Source: an uncultured Pseudomonadales bacterium (lineage in GTDB: Bacteria > Patescibacteriota > Microgenomatia > UBA1400 > PJMF01). Taken from it: 64,000 bases of DNA. Made by a program: the position numbers and the translations under genes. Under the pieces are notes generated by a model. The model was not told where the DNA came from and did no database searches. It worked only from the letters and a program-made list of their open reading frames with translations. Shown in pieces: positions 36,141-44,404 of the stretch; within the stretch, counting starts at the first letter, position 1; every line of letters starts with the position of its first letter. Location: contig CAZBEW010000002.1 in NCBI GenBank assembly GCA_964491115.1, positions 62 through 64,061 of the forward strand, given 5' to 3'.

Positions 36141-37004
36141 ATGTCTAAAGAAATTGAACATCATCAAGCGGAAGCAGTGCTGACTGATGTTGACTGTACT
36201 TTGCTCAATAGTCGGCGTCAGTTGTCAAAGACAAGCCTAGCCACTATTGAGTGTTATTTGCGCGAACAGCAAAATAATCATAATTTACCGAGACTAGCGC
36301 TCTGTACTGCTCGTCATCCAGCCGCCTTAATTAACACTGTTTTGCCCGTATTTGCTAAAAACGCTCCAGACTCTGTGCATATTGTTTGTGATGGTGCCAT
36401 GTTAATTAACGCCCAAACAGAAGTAATTTCGGAAGAAGCCTTTTCTTCAGCAATTATTAGGCAAATTTGTCAAGATGTTGAAGCGTTGGGTGGCAGTTTT
36501 TCTTTTGGTTTTCAGGATGCTTTTTATTGCGGAGAGGACTTTCTTAAAGAACGGAGCCAGGGCAAGGAATTAATTAAATTTTTACCTTATTCTGCTATTG
36601 CCGAGCATGATAATTGGACAACAACTCTATTAATAATTAATCACCTAAATGAAACAGTAGAAAAATATACTCAGAGTTTACAAAACCAATTTGGTTTTCA
36701 TTTAAGCAAACTTGTTAGCACTTTCAATCATCAACCTTATTACAATCTAACTTTGCCCAATATTTCTAAGGTCAAAGGTGTAGAGAAATGGCTTGAACAT
36801 TATCAATTAAATTCAGACAAACTAATCATGATCGGGGATGGGATGAATGATCTAGAAGTCATGGCCAACAGTATTGGGGTGGCAGTAGCCAATGCTCGGC
36901 CAGAGGTAAAAGAACAAGCCCGATTAATCTTAGACAAATCTAATGATGAAGATGCGGTGGCTTGGTTTCTAAATGAAATTTTAAGTTTATCAGTAGCTAC
37001 TTAG
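36141..37004 (+). CDS. HAD-superfamily hydrolase, Cof-like (IIB) phosphatase
   Basis: Motif I variant LTDVDCTLL (DxDxT), a cap domain, and motif IV MIGDGMNDLEVM, typical of Cof/YbiV-type sugar-phosphate phosphatases. Confidence 0.7.
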   Translation: MSKEIEHHQAEAVLTDVDCTLLNSRRQLSKTSLATIECYLREQQNNHNLPRLALCTARHPAALINTVLPVFAKNAPDSVHIVCDGAMLINAQTEVISEEAFSSAIIRQICQDVEALGGSFSFGFQDAFYCGEDFLKERSQGKELIKFLPYSAIAEHDNWTTTLLIINHLNETVEKYTQSLQNQFGFHLSKLVSTFNHQPYYNLTLPNISKVKGVEKWLEHYQLNSDKLIMIGDGMNDLEVMANSIGVAVANARPEVKEQARLILDKSNDEDAVAWFLNEILSLSVAT

Positions 37005-37016
37005 CCTTATCAGTGT

Positions 37017-37484
37017 CTATTTAGCCTTATCAGCACCAATTTTAATCCGAACTGGAACAAAATCTGGATTGGTAAAATCAGGTTCAATCAATTGAATATG
37101 TATGTGACTAATGGTGCCGGCACTATAATCAGTGTCGCCAAAGCGCATTGCCAATCCACCACCTTTAATGGCGTAAGTTTTTTCCATTTCAGCAACTAAT
37201 TCAAATAGTTCTTGACCAGCAGCTGGCGACAAATCACTCAAATTAACGGCATGGACTTTATAAATTAATAAAAAATGATGCTTGGTATTTTTATAGGGCC
37301 ACTGATTCGTTGTGACTATCCAAAATTTGCCTTCTTTAAGAATTGCTTGCTGATGATATTTGGCCAGGTTTTCTCGACAAAAAGGACAATGCTTGGCTTC
37401 AGCAATATTATTCATCACCGACTTTTGCTCTTCTTCTCGAGCATTGGCTAGATTAATAAACTGATTTTTGACTTTTTTTGCCAT
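37017..37484 (-). CDS. HIT-superfamily protein, HxHxQ variant (GalT/Ap4A-phosphorylase-like branch)
   Basis: Zinc-knuckle CPFC near the N-terminus and the triad region GTISHIHIQLIEP (H-x-H-x-Q). Confidence 0.7.
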   Translation of the reverse strand: MAKKVKNQFINLANAREEEQKSVMNNIAEAKHCPFCRENLAKYHQQAILKEGKFWIVTTNQWPYKNTKHHFLLIYKVHAVNLSDLSPAAGQELFELVAEMEKTYAIKGGGLAMRFGDTDYSAGTISHIHIQLIEPDFTNPDFVPVRIKIGADKAK

Positions 37485-37548
37485 GTTTAGACTGTCACTT
37501 TTGCCATGCTTAGACTAGCACTTTTGTCGTGCCTAGACTGCCACTGGA
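37480..37548. repeat. ~23-bp tandem triplication spanning HIT start codon and thyA stop
   Basis: gccatgtttagactgtcactttt / gccatgcttagactagcactttt / gtcgtgcctagactgccact; read directly. Confidence 0.6.
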
Positions 37549-38432
37549 ATATTCCAAATTCCAGGATGAGCTTGATAATTTTCTAATGTAAAATCTTCTT
37601 TACGAAAAGCAAATAAATCCTTAATCTTTGGATTTATTTTCATTTGTGGAAGAGCTTTAACTTCGCGCTCTAACATAGTTTTGACCGCATCAATTTGATC
37701 CACATAAATGTGAGCGTCAGAAAAACTATGGACAAATTCATAAGCCTCTAAACCTAGAACTTGAGCAATCATCATCGTTAGGGCAGCGTATTGCACCATA
37801 TTTGAAGGGACACCAATGGGGACGTCGGCACTGCGCTGGAACATGTGGAGAGTTAATTTTTGATCAATAATCCGCAAATGAATCCAACCGTGACAAGGAC
37901 ACACTACAACTTTTTGTGTGCGACCTTTAACACGCATAGTGTATTGAGGTATCCAGGGGCTAATGAAATGAGTGCGTAAGTGTGGTTGTTCACGCATTTG
38001 CTGTAAAATATTGGCAAATTGATTATAATTTTCTCCTTCAGCAGTTGGGAAATCATGAAAAGCTGCCCCATAAGATCCGGGACCAAGATCACCAGTTTCC
38101 AGCCCTCTTTTTTTTGCTTTAGCTTCGCTACCCCAAGCTTTCCACCAAAAACAACCATAACTTTCTAGTTCGTCAATGGTTCTAGCTCCATTAATAAAGG
38201 CAATAATTTCGGCAATAGCTTGTTGCCAAATTTTCTCACTTAATTTGCGTTCAGTAATCGCGGGAAAACCTTCAGCTAATTTAAAATGCATGGGTTTTGG
38301 GCCAATAATGCTGAGAGCATCTACTCCCTGAGGAGTACTAACTCTTTGGCCATGATCGAGAATTTCTGCTAAAAGGAGTTGATATTGAGATCGTTGTTTT
38401 TCCATAACTTCTAATATATCATAAAGCTGCAT
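37533..38432 (-). CDS. thyA: thymidylate synthase (ThyA type)
   Basis: Collinear with ThyA throughout: DLGPGSYG, catalytic VVCPCHGW (PCH), FQRSADVPIGVPSNMVQYAALTMMIAQ, C-terminal HPGIWNIPVAV. Confidence 0.88.
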   Translation of the reverse strand: MQLYDILEVMEKQRSQYQLLLAEILDHGQRVSTPQGVDALSIIGPKPMHFKLAEGFPAITERKLSEKIWQQAIAEIIAFINGARTIDELESYGCFWWKAWGSEAKAKKRGLETGDLGPGSYGAAFHDFPTAEGENYNQFANILQQMREQPHLRTHFISPWIPQYTMRVKGRTQKVVVCPCHGWIHLRIIDQKLTLHMFQRSADVPIGVPSNMVQYAALTMMIAQVLGLEAYEFVHSFSDAHIYVDQIDAVKTMLEREVKALPQMKINPKIKDLFAFRKEDFTLENYQAHPGIWNIPVAV

Positions 38433-38444
38433 TTAAGGAATTTT

Positions 38445-39245
38445 ATGAAAGTCATAGCTCTCAAAACCCCCATGATTGCTGTTGGTCAAGAATTAAGACC
38501 AATCATTAATCAAAGTATTAAGGAAAATTTTGCCGATGGTCTACCAGAACGCTCGGTTTTAGTAGTGACCTCTAAGATTATTGCTTATGAACAAGGGCGC
38601 TTAGTCCCAACCCTAGCGGCGCAACAGGGGAGAGAAGTTAGTCGAGAAGAAGAACGAGCTTTTAAGCATGATTTGGTGAGTCAAGAAGCTGACTATTATT
38701 TAGATCCTCATAGTTCTAAATACGATTTAATGTTAACCATTGCCGAAGCCACGCTTATGGTTAATGCGGGCATCGATGAATCCAATGCCAACGACAACTA
38801 TATTTTATGGCCAAAAAATTTGTATGCTGAAGCTGAAAAAATTTGGCGTAATTTGCGAGAGGATTTCGGTGTTAAAGAAGTGGGAGTGATTATCCCTGAT
38901 AGTCGGTCAGTGCCATTGCGTTGGGGAGTGGTGGGGATGTCTTTGGCAAGTTGTGGTTTTCAACCATTAAATAGTCGAGTGGGTGATGAGGATTTATTTG
39001 GTAGAGAAATTAAAATGGTTCAAGTTAATGTCGCTGAGGCTTTGGCCGTGGCAGCAGTCTTGGAAATGGGCGAAGTTGATGAACAAACCCCATTGGCTTT
39101 GGTCACTGACAGCAAGATGGTAGAATTTATGGATCGACCCCTGAACGATCAAGAATTAGCCGCTTTAAGAATCGAAATTGAAGACGACATGTATGGACCT
39201 TTATTAACCCAGGCAAACTGGCAAAAGGGCAAAAGAAATGAGTGA
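38445..39245 (+). CDS. CofE-like (F420-0:gamma-glutamyl ligase family) protein
   Basis: VVTSKIIAYEQGRL, MVNAGIDESNA, VGVIIPDSRS, and DLFGREIKMVQVNVAEALAVAAVLEMGEVDEQTPLALV match conserved CofE blocks (vsSKvvskaEGR / taGID.SN / DlfGr...vaDelAaaA.LvmGe..E..PvaL). Confidence 0.6.
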   Translation: MKVIALKTPMIAVGQELRPIINQSIKENFADGLPERSVLVVTSKIIAYEQGRLVPTLAAQQGREVSREEERAFKHDLVSQEADYYLDPHSSKYDLMLTIAEATLMVNAGIDESNANDNYILWPKNLYAEAEKIWRNLREDFGVKEVGVIIPDSRSVPLRWGVVGMSLASCGFQPLNSRVGDEDLFGREIKMVQVNVAEALAVAAVLEMGEVDEQTPLALVTDSKMVEFMDRPLNDQELAALRIEIEDDMYGPLLTQANWQKGKRNE

Positions 39246-39816
39246 AAAACTAAGATCACGAATTAAAGACACGCTAATTGTCGCTAGTAGCAAAGATGGT
39301 TACATTAGCCCAGCTGATGGTGTTGAATTGCCCTCAACCAAGTGGACCAGTAAAGAAGATTATCAGTTTTTTACTGAGAAAACTCAAGAAATTGGGGTCA
39401 TGATCATGGGTCGAGCCACTTATGAGACCATTGGTCACCCTTTACCTCGACGGCTAATTATTGTTTTAACCAGTGATAGTGAAAAGCAAAGTGAATTGGC
39501 TAGACGCAAATTAAAAATGGATTATTTGCCCAATAATTTACGTTTTACTAGCAAATCTCCTCAAGAAGTATTGGCAGCCTTAGCCAATGAGGGTTATGAG
39601 CAAGTGGCTCTTTGTGGTGGAGCTAGCTTGTATCAATTGTTTACCGATGAAGATTTGGTTGATGAAATGTTTATCACTATTGAGCCAATTGAATTTGGCG
39701 ATGGCATCAAATTATTCAAAGACAATAAAGTTTTTGGCAATTTTCAATTAGTCAAAGAAATACCGCTAAATCAGCAAGGCACTATTGTTCAACATTGGGT
39801 GAGAAAAGCAGCTTAA
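39238..39816 (+). CDS. dihydrofolate-reductase-like reductase (RibD C-terminal domain family)
   Basis: ASSKDGYI, VMIMGRATYETIG, RRLIIVLTS, ALCGGASLYQLF...VDEMFITIEP..GDG is the RibD_C/DHFR-like fold. 8-nt overlap with the CofE-like gene. Confidence 0.65.
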   Translation: MSEKLRSRIKDTLIVASSKDGYISPADGVELPSTKWTSKEDYQFFTEKTQEIGVMIMGRATYETIGHPLPRRLIIVLTSDSEKQSELARRKLKMDYLPNNLRFTSKSPQEVLAALANEGYEQVALCGGASLYQLFTDEDLVDEMFITIEPIEFGDGIKLFKDNKVFGNFQLVKEIPLNQQGTIVQHWVRKAA

Positions 39817-39817
39817 A

Positions 39818-40042
39818 TTAAATTATTTCACCGTGGTCAGTGTTTTGTTCAGCGATCTTTTCAGCTTCTTTTTTGCTGAGTTCTGGAAACCGCTTTATGA
39901 GCAAATCAACTATCATTGGAAGAGGATTATGTCTAAGTTGATGTGCAAAATCATTAGCCGCTTGAATTATTTGTGCTTCTGGTGTTAGTACACGGTCAGT
40001 TAGTAACTCTAGTCTCATTCCTGGTGCTTCTGGTTTCTTCAT
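39818..40042 (-). CDS. small hypothetical protein (74 aa)
   Basis: ORF only; convergent with DHFR-like gene; no motif. Confidence 0.3.
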   Translation of the reverse strand: MKKPEAPGMRLELLTDRVLTPEAQIIQAANDFAHQLRHNPLPMIVDLLIKRFPELSKKEAEKIAEQNTDHGEII

Positions 40043-40109
40043 AGACTTTCAGTATATAACAAACAGCCTTTTTTGACAAGGCCTATATTATTTTTAATAA
40101 ACAATATAT

Positions 40110-40718
40110 TTAATAAAAACTGTCACCGTGACCTGGTAAAGCGAGAGAATAAGCCCCAGCTTGTTTGAGCTCTTTTAATTTAGCTAAACTGCTTAGCAAA
40201 TCCTGATAATTACTATATGAAAAATCAGTGCGACCAACACCATTGGCAAAAAGAGTATCGCCGGTAAACAAGTAAGTTTCATCATTATCTTGTTTTTCGC
40301 TTAATAGAGCGATGCCTCCCGGTGTATGGCCAGGCATATGCATCACTTTGAGAGTTTCTTGACCAAAATTGATGATTTGCCCATCACTCAGGGTTTGATT
40401 AGCTTCAGGCACTGGATCAACCTCTTTATTTAGCCAATGGCGAGCATTATTTTGAGCTTGAGCAATTAAAAAATTATCAGCAGGATGAAGCATAATGGGT
40501 AATTTTGGCCAGGCAGTAGCTAAACTTAACAAGCCCAAACAATGATCAAAATGTCCATGAGTTAAAATTACTCTAGTTAAAATTAAATTTTGCCGACTCA
40601 GCTCTTCATTTAAAAAATCACCATCATCAGCTGGATCAATAATTAATGCTTCTTCACCGTTGTCTAGTAAGTAGCAATTTGTTTGTAAATCTCCCAGTGT
40701 AAAAGTTTGTAAATTCAT
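40110..40718 (-). CDS. MBL-fold metallo-hydrolase (glyoxalase II-like)
   Basis: LTHGHFDHCLG (HxHxDH), HMPGHTPGG, FTGDTLF, LPGHG. Confidence 0.8.
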   Translation of the reverse strand: MNLQTFTLGDLQTNCYLLDNGEEALIIDPADDGDFLNEELSRQNLILTRVILTHGHFDHCLGLLSLATAWPKLPIMLHPADNFLIAQAQNNARHWLNKEVDPVPEANQTLSDGQIINFGQETLKVMHMPGHTPGGIALLSEKQDNDETYLFTGDTLFANGVGRTDFSYSNYQDLLSSLAKLKELKQAGAYSLALPGHGDSFY

Positions 40719-40780
40719 TACTTTAGTCTAGCTTATTTATTAAAAATTTGTTAGCATTGTCGCAGGATTGAAAGAAGATC

Positions 40781-41215
40781 ATGAAGGTTAAGATTAAGCG
40801 TTTTGATAAAAATCTAGCTTTACCAGTATACAAAACAGCTGGGGCAGCTGCCCTCGATTTAGCTAGTCGGGTAGAAGTAAAAATTGAGCCAAATCAAGTT
40901 GCTTATTTACCCTTAAATATTGCCCTAAAAGTTCCCAAAGACAGCTTTGTTTTAGTCGCAGCCCGCAGTTCTTTACATAAAATGGGTTTAATGCTGATTA
41001 ATGGCATTGGCATCGGTGACAGTGATTATTGTGGGAGTGACGATGAATATCAGGCTGCAGTTTATAACTTTAGCAAAAAAACCGTGCTAGTTAAAAAAGC
41101 AGAGCGAGTGGTGCAAATGCTAGTGCTCAGACGAGAAAAAGTAGAGTGGGAAGAGGTGGCAGAGTTCTCCAAAAAAAATAATCGTGGTGGTTTTGGCAGT
41201 ACTGGCAAAACATAA
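40781..41215 (+). CDS. dut: dUTP diphosphatase
   Basis: AGAAALDL, GIGIGDSDYCG (motif III), C-terminal RGGFGSTG (motif V). Confidence 0.85.
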   Translation: MKVKIKRFDKNLALPVYKTAGAAALDLASRVEVKIEPNQVAYLPLNIALKVPKDSFVLVAARSSLHKMGLMLINGIGIGDSDYCGSDDEYQAAVYNFSKKTVLVKKAERVVQMLVLRREKVEWEEVAEFSKKNNRGGFGSTGKT

Positions 41216-41265
41216 GCCAACTGATTGTTGCATTCTAACTTAGATATAATTATTATTGAAAAAAT

Positions 41266-41991
41266 ATGAAAACAAAAACTGGTTTATTAATTACTCTTGA
41301 AGGAGGAGAAGGTGGTGGTAAAACCACCCAAATTGTGCGTTTAAAAAAACATTTAACAGAAGCAGGTAAAGATGTGGTGGTCTTGCGTGAACCAGGCGGA
41401 ACAACCATCAGTGAGCAAATACGAGAAGTAGTTCTATCAAGTAAAAATACTAGTATTGCTTTTACTACTGAAGTTTTATTGTTTCAGGCAGCTCGCTCGC
41501 AAATTTATCGAGAAATAGTTTTGCCCTCACTGAAGGCTGGAAAAGTAGTGGTGATGGATCGCTCGCGTGATAGTAGCGTTGTTTATCAGGGCATGGTGCG
41601 CGGTTTTGGTACAGAATTAATTGAGCAACTCAATGATATTTCAACAAAAAAAACTTATCCAGATATTACTTTTTTACTTGATATACCAGTTAATATTGGT
41701 CTTGGAAGAAGAAATGGCGCCGGCGATGTTAATCGTCTAGACATGGAAGCCAAAGATTTTCATCAAAAAGTTCGTCAGTCTTATTTAGATTTAGCCAAGC
41801 AAGATCAAGAACAACATGGCAAAAAGGCTCGTTGGGTGGTGATTGATGCTCGACCCAGTGCAGATCAAGTAGAGAAAAAAATTTGGCAGATAGTTAAAGA
41901 ATTTTTAGCAAAAAATCAGTTAAGTTCTTGGGAAGATAAAATTGCTGATCTAGATTTAGAAGACGTGAGCAAGCCAAAAAACAAGGATTGA
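41266..41991 (+). CDS. tmk: thymidylate kinase
   Basis: P-loop ITLEGGEGGGKTTQ, DRSRDSS (DRY/H-like), and a LID region. Confidence 0.88.
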   Translation: MKTKTGLLITLEGGEGGGKTTQIVRLKKHLTEAGKDVVVLREPGGTTISEQIREVVLSSKNTSIAFTTEVLLFQAARSQIYREIVLPSLKAGKVVVMDRSRDSSVVYQGMVRGFGTELIEQLNDISTKKTYPDITFLLDIPVNIGLGRRNGAGDVNRLDMEAKDFHQKVRQSYLDLAKQDQEQHGKKARWVVIDARPSADQVEKKIWQIVKEFLAKNQLSSWEDKIADLDLEDVSKPKNKD

Positions 41992-42009
41992 TCAAGATAT
42001 CATAATTTT

Positions 42010-42651
42010 ATGCAAAAATTACCAAAAGCTGTTCGTCAATTAATTGACAAATTTGAGGCCCTACCAGGCATTGGCCCTAAGTCTGCCCAACGCTTAGTGT
42101 TTTATTTACTCCATGCGCCTGAAAATCATTTAGCAGATTTTGCAGAAAAATTGCTGGCCCTAAAAAGAGATACGGTTATGTGTCATCTCTGTCACAATGT
42201 TGCCGAAGAAGATCCTTGCGCAATCTGTCAAGATAAAACTCGTGATCAAGAATTAATGTGTGTTGTGGAACAGCCGCTGGATTTATTGGCAATTGAGCGT
42301 TCTGGTAGATATCAGGGTAATTATCATGTGTTACATGGGGCAATTACTCCCTTAAATAATATTGGTCCTGATCAACTTTATTTGCGCGATATTATTAAGA
42401 GATTAAAAGATTCTTCAGGAAAGTTACAGGTCAAAGAATTAATTTTAGCTACTAATCCAACAATGGAGGGTGAGGCAACTGCTCTTTATATTGCTGAATT
42501 ATTGCAAAACGATCAGTTCTTTGCTGACAAAATCGAAAAAGGCGAGTTAATTATTAGTAGAATTGGCCATGGATTACCAATTGGCGCCGATATTGAATAT
42601 GCCGACGGAGTGACTTTAGCCAGAGCGCTTGAAGGCAGAAGAGGCTTGTAA
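42010..42651 (+). CDS. recR: recombination protein RecR
   Basis: HhH LPGIGPKSAQRLVFYLL, C4 zinc finger CHLCHNV...CAIC, Toprim domain. Confidence 0.9.
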   Translation: MQKLPKAVRQLIDKFEALPGIGPKSAQRLVFYLLHAPENHLADFAEKLLALKRDTVMCHLCHNVAEEDPCAICQDKTRDQELMCVVEQPLDLLAIERSGRYQGNYHVLHGAITPLNNIGPDQLYLRDIIKRLKDSSGKLQVKELILATNPTMEGEATALYIAELLQNDQFFADKIEKGELIISRIGHGLPIGADIEYADGVTLARALEGRRGL

Positions 42652-42684
42652 TTAATCAAGGCAATATTTGTTGATTTGATTAAT

Positions 42685-43470
42685 TTAAGGTTGAAGTGGT
42701 TTGAGCCAATTGGTAGCAGCGAAGCCAATAATGTCACCATCTTCTGTTGCTACAGATACCCAATTATAGCCATCTCTAGAGCCAGCTGATTCATTAATAA
42801 TAAAAATTGTGCCATCTGGATAAATCCTGGCTTCGCTAGAATTGGTTGTTGGGGAGTTTCTCACATTGACCCCATAACCACCAGCATCAACCATAACTTT
42901 TGTTCCAGCAGCATACTCTTGTTTTGCTTCAGCTACTTCATACCTTGAATCAGTATGAACTAATTCAGGAGCTTGAACCGGACTTTCAAGATCTTGTTTT
43001 TCTTTTTCCTGTAAATAAGTGCTGTATGCTTCGTGAACAATTGGGTCGTCTGAACGTTTGACTGGATCTAGTTGCTCCTCAGCCCTTCGTTGCCAGGACT
43101 CGCTACAAGCGGTTGCTCCACCTAGAAAGCCAATCGCAACTATTAGGTTAATCGTAAATTTTCTGTTGATAGGTTTTTTATACTGTTCAATTTTTGTTCG
43201 TACAGCATCTAGGATGGTAAGAGCGGCATCTTTAATTTTTTGAGGCAAATTGCTTTGCTCAATCATTTTTATTGGATCATTGGGCTCTGCTGATTCAACT
43301 GGCTGATCTGGTTCTGCTGATTCAACTGGCCGATTAGGTTCTGTTAGTTCAACTGCTTGATTAGACTCTGTTGATTCAACTGGCTGATTTGGTTCTGCTC
43401 TTTGTTCTGGAGTTGTTTCTTGAATTAATTCTTGAGTTATTTTTGGAGTTACCTCTGGAGTTTCTGTCAT
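42685..43470 (-). CDS. membrane-anchored bacterial SH3 (SH3b)-domain protein with N-terminal tandem peptide repeats
   Basis: N-terminal 9-aa repeats (E)PxQPVES(A) x4, a TM (INLIVAIGFLGGATA), and C-terminal GTKVMVDAGGYGVNVRNSP...DGYNWVSVATEDGDIIGFAATNWL typical of SH3_3. Confidence 0.6.
   Translation of the reverse strand: MTETPEVTPKITQELIQETTPEQRAEPNQPVESTESNQAVELTEPNRPVESAEPDQPVESAEPNDPIKMIEQSNLPQKIKDAALTILDAVRTKIEQYKKPINRKFTINLIVAIGFLGGATACSESWQRRAEEQLDPVKRSDDPIVHEAYSTYLQEKEKQDLESPVQAPELVHTDSRYEVAEAKQEYAAGTKVMVDAGGYGVNVRNSPTTNSSEARIYPDGTIFIINESAGSRDGYNWVSVATEDGDIIGFAATNWLKPLQP
43286..43395. repeat. 27-bp tandem repeat x4 (coding, within SH3b gene)
   Basis: ctgctgattcaactggctgatctggtt and three diverged copies; read directly. 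Confidence 0.6.
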
Positions 43471-43651
43471 AAGTTAATTATAACAAAACTTGTTTATTAA
43501 TACCATTTTTGCTATATTGAAGTTAGATGGTCCAACATCTTTCTAAGTTAAACCGAGCACCTTGTTTTAGGCAAAGTTGCCGGTTTTTTTGTCATATGAT
43601 GGTTAAAAAAAGTATTAATTAGTAGGCCTGAGCGCAAAAAAGGAGAAAGCC

Positions 43652-43957
43652 ATGAAAGTGATTGTCCAAGCTAAAAGTCTAACAGTAACTAGAGCTTTAC
43701 GTGAGTTTATTGAACGCCAAAGTTTAAAATTGAACAAATTGGGGCAGAAAATTAGCGCAGTCCGAGTTTATTTAGAACAAAGCACTAAAAAAAGCAGTAA
43801 AAATAAGAATGTCTTGGTTAAATATCGCATCGAAATTCCCGGTGAAGACATCTGGGTGGAAGTAGCTGGTTACGACTTTTACGATGCTATCGTTGATGCA
43901 GTTGAAACTGCTAGCAGAAAATTAAGACAAAATAAAGAAAAACACTTAGATTATTGA
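43652..43957 (+). CDS. hpf: ribosome hibernation promoting factor / RaiA (short form)
   Basis: MKVIVQAKSLTVTRALREFIERQSLKLNKL...VRVYLE...VKYRIEIPGEDIWVEVAGYDFYDAIVDAVE matches the sigma-54 modulation protein/YfiA fold. Confidence 0.8.
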   Translation: MKVIVQAKSLTVTRALREFIERQSLKLNKLGQKISAVRVYLEQSTKKSSKNKNVLVKYRIEIPGEDIWVEVAGYDFYDAIVDAVETASRKLRQNKEKHLDY

Positions 43958-44041
43958 TACTAGTACTAGCAGCCTTAGCAAATAAGGTGCATCCGCTATA
44001 AGCAGTAGTTATAGTGTTGCTTTTTGTGTTATTCTAGTTTT

Positions 44042-44401
44042 ATGACAGATAATCAAAATCCTTTGCAAGCCTTAACAAATATGAAAAGTCCAGAGGGACA
44101 ACCGCCTGCTACTGCTGAACCGAGTGCAGAAGAGCTAGCTGCTCAGCAACAAGAAGCAGAAGCCCTGGCTGCTGAAAAACTAGCGGCACAAGCCAGAATT
44201 CAAGAACTAGAGGAGCAAAAAAGTGCTCAAGATCAAGCTGAAATTGCTCAATTGAGAGAGGAACTTCCAGGAGTGCTTAAAGATGATGTATCAGCAGAAG
44301 GAGAGGCAGAAGCTGATGCTAGCAGTGGTGCTGGCTCAACTACAGACAAGCAAGCGGAAAATAAATTACCTCAAGTAGAACAATTAAAAAGATTGGATTA
44401 A
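44042..44401 (+). CDS. low-complexity Ala/Gln/Glu-rich hypothetical protein
   Basis: Coiled-coil-like AEELAAQQQEAEALAAEKLAAQARIQELEEQ; GC-rich relative to flanks; start uncertain (TTG 44024 or ATG 44042). Confidence 0.4.
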   Translation: MTDNQNPLQALTNMKSPEGQPPATAEPSAEELAAQQQEAEALAAEKLAAQARIQELEEQKSAQDQAEIAQLREELPGVLKDDVSAEGEAEADASSGAGSTTDKQAENKLPQVEQLKRLD

Positions 44402-44404
44402 TCT

